A DNA stretch of 64,000 bases from a virus. Its lineage: Duplodnaviria > Caudoviricetes. The notes below the pieces were generated by a model, which saw only the letters and a list, made by a program, of their open reading frames with translations, was not told the origin of the DNA and did no database searches. The position numbers and the translations under genes were made by a program. This document shows, one piece after another, positions 60,055-64,000 of the stretch. Each line of letters starts with the position of its first letter. Position 1 is the first letter of the stretch. The stretch covers positions 1 to 64,000 of IMG/VR virus record IMGVR_UViG_3300028833_000120. The stretch is one strand, 5' to 3'.

Positions 60055-61236
60055 TTAATCTTGAATAAAAGATAAATCACCATCATCCTTAACATCTTTC
60101 AAGGCGTTTATCTGAATGGTACTTTTATAATCTTTGAATCTTGATTTTGAGAATATTTTCTCTTTCGTTATCTTTGAAATAACAGCATTGTTTTTCAACA
60201 TCTCTTCATTTATGTTTGCATCCATGTCTTTAATGATATAATCGGGAATACTTTCCTCCGTCAAAGCAACAAGTTTTGCATTTGTCTTGATGTTTTCAAA
60301 AAGCATTCTCTTTGTGAAATTATCATCCTTTATCTTTGCAATATCATATATAACATTACAGAGTATTTTCAACGCTTCGTCGTTTGAATAGATTGTATAG
60401 TTAAACTTACATCCTAGTCTCTTTATAAATTCCTCATATATTTTTTCAGTGGTTTTGATACCGATACCCTTAGACCTTGTTGCCCCGTCACCTTGTTTAT
60501 AATACACGGGATAGATATTGTCAGACTGGTCTCCGGAAACGACTTTTGTAAATCTAACGACCTCTGGTTCCACAACCTCAACATCAACACTCGATACAAA
60601 CTTTCTAAATGGGTCACTCTCAATGGAAACTGCAAAAACTTCACCAAATAAATTCTCAGACGAAAGATTTGTCTTTTTTTCCAAATCTTTGATAAAGTCA
60701 TCACTTTCTTTGCTAACATATAACTTATTGGTCAATGGAGCATATTGAATTATTTGCACACCATCGACACATTTAACCAATTGGGTTAAATCCCTGTCGG
60801 TGGAAAAAATGAGAGAAGACTTTCCATTTTTAAAAAGAGACTCACTCCAGACATAAATCAAATCGTCACCCTCACTATGCTCAACTTGTGAAACCTTAAT
60901 CCCAAGATTCTTTATAGTTTCGGTAAAAGAATTTGTTACTTCAGCGAAACTTTCCTTATTAATATTATCTTGAACTTTCTTACGATTTCCTTTGTATTCC
61001 CTTTGTAGCAACAAATCTTTTCTCCATGGATGTGGTGAATCCTTCACGAATACTATATCGTTGATAATCGGATTCATCTGTTTCACAATATTACAGAAAT
61101 CCACCATCAGTTTCTTCTCATAAGCGTCTTTGTCTTTTTGTGTGTTCAAAACTTTTGTACTCCCTTGTTTAAACACACCCCACAAACTTCTGAAAAAGAA
61201 GTTATGTCCATCTATTATCAAAGTAAATCTTTTCAT
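60055..61236 (-). CDS. rnh: T4 RNase H / 5'-3' flap exonuclease
   Basis: IIDG, WRK...YKGNR, EGDD, STDRDLTQL and GDQSDNI. Confidence 0.88.
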   Translation of the reverse strand: MKRFTLIIDGHNFFFRSLWGVFKQGSTKVLNTQKDKDAYEKKLMVDFCNIVKQMNPIINDIVFVKDSPHPWRKDLLLQREYKGNRKKVQDNINKESFAEVTNSFTETIKNLGIKVSQVEHSEGDDLIYVWSESLFKNGKSSLIFSTDRDLTQLVKCVDGVQIIQYAPLTNKLYVSKESDDFIKDLEKKTNLSSENLFGEVFAVSIESDPFRKFVSSVDVEVVEPEVVRFTKVVSGDQSDNIYPVYYKQGDGATRSKGIGIKTTEKIYEEFIKRLGCKFNYTIYSNDEALKILCNVIYDIAKIKDDNFTKRMLFENIKTNAKLVALTEESIPDYIIKDMDANINEEMLKNNAVISKITKEKIFSKSRFKDYKSTIQINALKDVKDDGDLSFIQD

Positions 61237-61258
61237 ATTACTAAATATAACAAAACTT

Positions 61259-61972
61259 TTACAAGTCAATATAATTTGTTATAAGTCTAACCTTCGGTTT
61301 ATGATAGGTCATAATCGTTGGAAAACTTGTCAAAAAATCAATCCCGTCTTCTCCTATTGTTTGTATTAAATCATAATTATTAGAAAGCACCATATTCATA
61401 AAACTAACATAATCATCAAAATCGAAATCAACATAAAACTTCCTATTCATATAATCATTCGGAATATACCCATAGAAAATAAACATATTGTTAAAAAAAT
61501 CGACAGCATTCTTATCCAAAGAATCACTCAGATACATCTCTATTTTCTTGACTTTATATATATTGTTAAAAAAATCATGCTTTTTTTCTTCATCCAATTC
61601 AGATTCAGATTCAGAATTTAAGGCATTTTCAAACAAATTCAAATAATTGTCATCATTAACAAATGTAACTGTTATACATCGTAAATTACGGAAGACCCTG
61701 AAAATACTGAAAATACACTCCAATCCAAACAGAGGAATTTTATTTTCTTTACATTCATTATAGCAATTCATCAAAACATTCACAACGTCATTGGAATGTA
61801 GATTCATAAATTTTACACAATCATTTTCTTCCAATATAGTGAATACAATCCCACTATTTTTCAAAGAATTATAAAATTTTAAAATAGAAACATTCAGCAA
61901 AGGAACTTTAACATCGATTTCATAAACTTGAAGAAGTCTGAATACAAACTTATTATTTTCCATTTTACCCAT
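61259..61972 (-). CDS. Hypothetical protein
   Basis: Long ORF with early promoter near 61997-62011. Confidence 0.6.
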   Translation of the reverse strand: MGKMENNKFVFRLLQVYEIDVKVPLLNVSILKFYNSLKNSGIVFTILEENDCVKFMNLHSNDVVNVLMNCYNECKENKIPLFGLECIFSIFRVFRNLRCITVTFVNDDNYLNLFENALNSESESELDEEKKHDFFNNIYKVKKIEMYLSDSLDKNAVDFFNNMFIFYGYIPNDYMNRKFYVDFDFDDYVSFMNMVLSNNYDLIQTIGEDGIDFLTSFPTIMTYHKPKVRLITNYIDL

Positions 61973-62013
61973 AAATATAAAATAAAACCATTCACTTAAA
62001 ATATAACAAAACT

Positions 62014-62502
62014 ATGGACATTAAATCACTAAAACCGGTAGCTTACGGAAAATTTAGACAAGGATACTATAATCCGATTCATCCGGAAAAATATGTAACA
62101 AACAAAAATCAAATCATTTATAGAAGTTCGTGGGAACTTCGTTTTATGAAATGGTTGGATACATGTATTGATGTTATCGAATGGGCATCGGAACCGGTTT
62201 CAATAAAATATTTCTATACCATAGACCAAAGAATACATACATACTATCCAGATTTTTATTTTTCATACAAGAAGCAAGACGGAAGAATACTAAAATATAT
62301 AGTTGAGTGTAAACCATCTAACCAATTAAAAGAACCAGAACCTCCAAAAAGAAGAACGATAAACTCAATAAAAAACTATAATTACTTAATGGAATGTTGC
62401 ATCAAAAACTCTTGTAAGAGAATAGCAGCTAAAAAATGGTGTGAAGAAAACGGATATCACTTTGTATACTTGACTGAAAAGTCAAATTTAAATTTCTTGT
62501 AA
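62014..62502 (+). CDS. gp4: Head completion nuclease (T4 gp4 / TnsA-like)
   Basis: P..PEKY, IIYRSSWE, W.SE, YYPDF, VECKP and LTEK. Confidence 0.88.
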   Translation: MDIKSLKPVAYGKFRQGYYNPIHPEKYVTNKNQIIYRSSWELRFMKWLDTCIDVIEWASEPVSIKYFYTIDQRIHTYYPDFYFSYKKQDGRILKYIVECKPSNQLKEPEPPKRRTINSIKNYNYLMECCIKNSCKRIAAKKWCEENGYHFVYLTEKSNLNFL

Positions 62503-62588
62503 AAACTTTTATATTATGATATAAACAAATGAGCCATAATTTTTGTTTGTATTAATCATAAATATATTACATAAAAACAATCATTTAG

Positions 62589-64000
62589 ATGCCAAAAGCA
62601 GTAAGTTTGAACGATGTCGCCGGTATGTTGTCTACTAGGGGTGACATATCTACAATAGGTGGTGCAATCGGATGTATGTCGGCAATGATAAGTGGTGACG
62701 CCAGGGATAAGGAAAACACCACTAGTAACGACATTAAAAAAATACAAGAATTTATTCTCGGTGACGGTGGAAGTCTGTCATCGATGATTGATAGTATACA
62801 TGAGGCTATAGCAGACCAAACTATTGAAATTCAAAAAATAATTGAAGGAAACAGAGAAAAGAAACTTGTAAAGTCTGATATTTCTAAGATGATTAAGACT
62901 GCAACCGATGGTCTTGAAAAAAGACTTGACCGAATTATAGACTCGTTAAGAAAGATTGGTAAAGACCAAGGTGGAAGTATGAAATGGGGTAAAACAAAAA
63001 GAGAAAAGGATTCTATCGAACAATTCAGACTTTCATTGAATGACAAGAAAAAAATGAAAGAAAGCAAGATAGGAAAACTTGTTTCTATGCTCAGTGAATT
63101 GAAAGCGGTTTCCCTCAAAGACCTTTTGACATTCAGACCGAAACTTAAACTTCTTGATAATCTTAATCCACAGATTAATTCACTCGCTAAGAGTATAAAT
63201 TCAAAAAATGTTGCAAAGGTTTCTGATTTCTTGGAGAAAAGTCCAAAGATGTTCGAGAATTTAAATCTTTCGATTAGGTTGGCGAGATTTATAAAACAGA
63301 AAGAACTTGACAAGTTTTACGACATACTCGGTGTAGGTGATGAGAAAAAACCACGAAAGAGGTCCATTTTAGGCCTTCTGACGAGTTTTAGTGAGTTGAA
63401 TGAGGCAACATTAAACAAATCCAAAAAGAACGTCGCCACGGTCTTTAAAATGGTCCGTGATATTTGTTCCGGAGTTGCAGTGTTGGTTGTTGCCACACCC
63501 GTGATACTCGCCGCCGGTATTTTGTCAAAACCTTTAGAATGGGCTTTCTTTGGTTTCAATAAGAAGGGTGATGGTGGAATAATGGGATTGTTAACTAAAC
63601 TTTCAAAGAAAAGAAAGGTTATAAGGAATGCCAATGAAGCCATCGTGTCGATGAGTTTTGGATTTGTTGCACTCGGTGCCGGTCTCGGTCTGTTGTTCTC
63701 ACTCACCAAGAAGATAGAGTGGGTGCAACTTGCAAGAGTTGCCGCTACAACTGTTGTCTTTGGTACACTTACTACTTTACTGGGTAAGTTTAAGAAACCT
63801 ATTAAAACGGGTGTAGAGTCGATGTTGATGTTGTCGGCGGGTATGGCCGGTCTTGGAATTGGTCTCGGTCTGTTGTTTAAATTGACCAAAGGTGTCGATT
63901 GGGAGCAGATGGCGATAGTCGGAACATCAGTTCTTGGATTTGGACTTATCGCTGCAACATTCGGTAAGTTCGACAGAACTATACAGAAAGGTTCTATTGC
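62589..64000 (+). CDS. Tape-measure-like protein, runs off the window (absent from the ORF track)
   Basis: CATAAATA at 62557; ATG at 62589 (MPKAVSLND...) open to the end; repeated hydrophobic GxGLGLLF.LTK..W units. Confidence 0.7.
   Translation, partial: MPKAVSLNDVAGMLSTRGDISTIGGAIGCMSAMISGDARDKENTTSNDIKKIQEFILGDGGSLSSMIDSIHEAIADQTIEIQKIIEGNREKKLVKSDISKMIKTATDGLEKRLDRIIDSLRKIGKDQGGSMKWGKTKREKDSIEQFRLSLNDKKKMKESKIGKLVSMLSELKAVSLKDLLTFRPKLKLLDNLNPQINSLAKSINSKNVAKVSDFLEKSPKMFENLNLSIRLARFIKQKELDKFYDILGVGDEKKPRKRSILGLLTSFSELNEATLNKSKKNVATVFKMVRDICSGVAVLVVATPVILAAGILSKPLEWAFFGFNKKGDGGIMGLLTKLSKKRKVIRNANEAIVSMSFGFVALGAGLGLLFSLTKKIEWVQLARVAATTVVFGTLTTLLGKFKKPIKTGVESMLMLSAGMAGLGIGLGLLFKLTKGVDWEQMAIVGTSVLGFGLIAATFGKFDRTIQKGSI

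Noticed and set aside
370-61369. Many short antisense or overlapping ORFs in the track (e.g. 370, 2618, 9499, 29393, 40655, 58614)
   Set aside because: They lie opposite well-supported genes, lack promoters and have shadow-like composition
62556-63889. Minus-strand ORFs 62556, 62831 and 63317
   Set aside because: Shadows of the + strand tape-measure-like gene starting at 62589
1-64000. TAG recoding (code 15) as in Lak megaphages
   Set aside because: Long genes are intact in the standard code, and TAG occurs at natural ends (27662, 28618, 31473, 36410), twice followed at once by the next ATG
1-64000. tRNA, rRNA, integrase or transposase genes
   Set aside because: Intergenic gaps are short and explained by promoters and terminators; no cloverleaf or recombinase motifs seen; the TnsA-like gene fits gp4

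Overview
AT-rich (roughly 30% GC by eye), gene-dense segment of a large T4-related (jumbo/mega) myovirus genome in the standard genetic code. The host is probably Bacteroidota (DUF4494-like gene, A-rich leaders without Shine-Dalgarno). Replication and recombination genes: gp41 helicase, UvsX, gp47, a likely sliding clamp, family B DNA polymerase broken by a +1 frame change, RNase H, and a gp62-like gene. Also present: late sigma gp55, tail/baseplate/head genes, GroES, an S1 ribosomal-protein homologue and a RimK/RimB/GNAT module. The most striking part is a battery of 13 DNA methyltransferase ORFs with no restriction enzyme. Nine end in the same LF/LW/VF tail as the polymerase (likely a sliding-clamp tether), several appear to be on leaderless mRNAs, and one gamma-type enzyme is split into a SAM-binding half plus two alternative NPPY halves. 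Interleaved on separate late promoters are genes whose products begin with a T4 capsid-targeting-like peptide (KxF(E/D)EF(I/V)xE). Two promoter classes, TTTTGTTATATTTA (early/middle) and CATAAATA (late), and many bidirectional hairpin terminators organise the window. All calls come from motif reading; no database searches were run.
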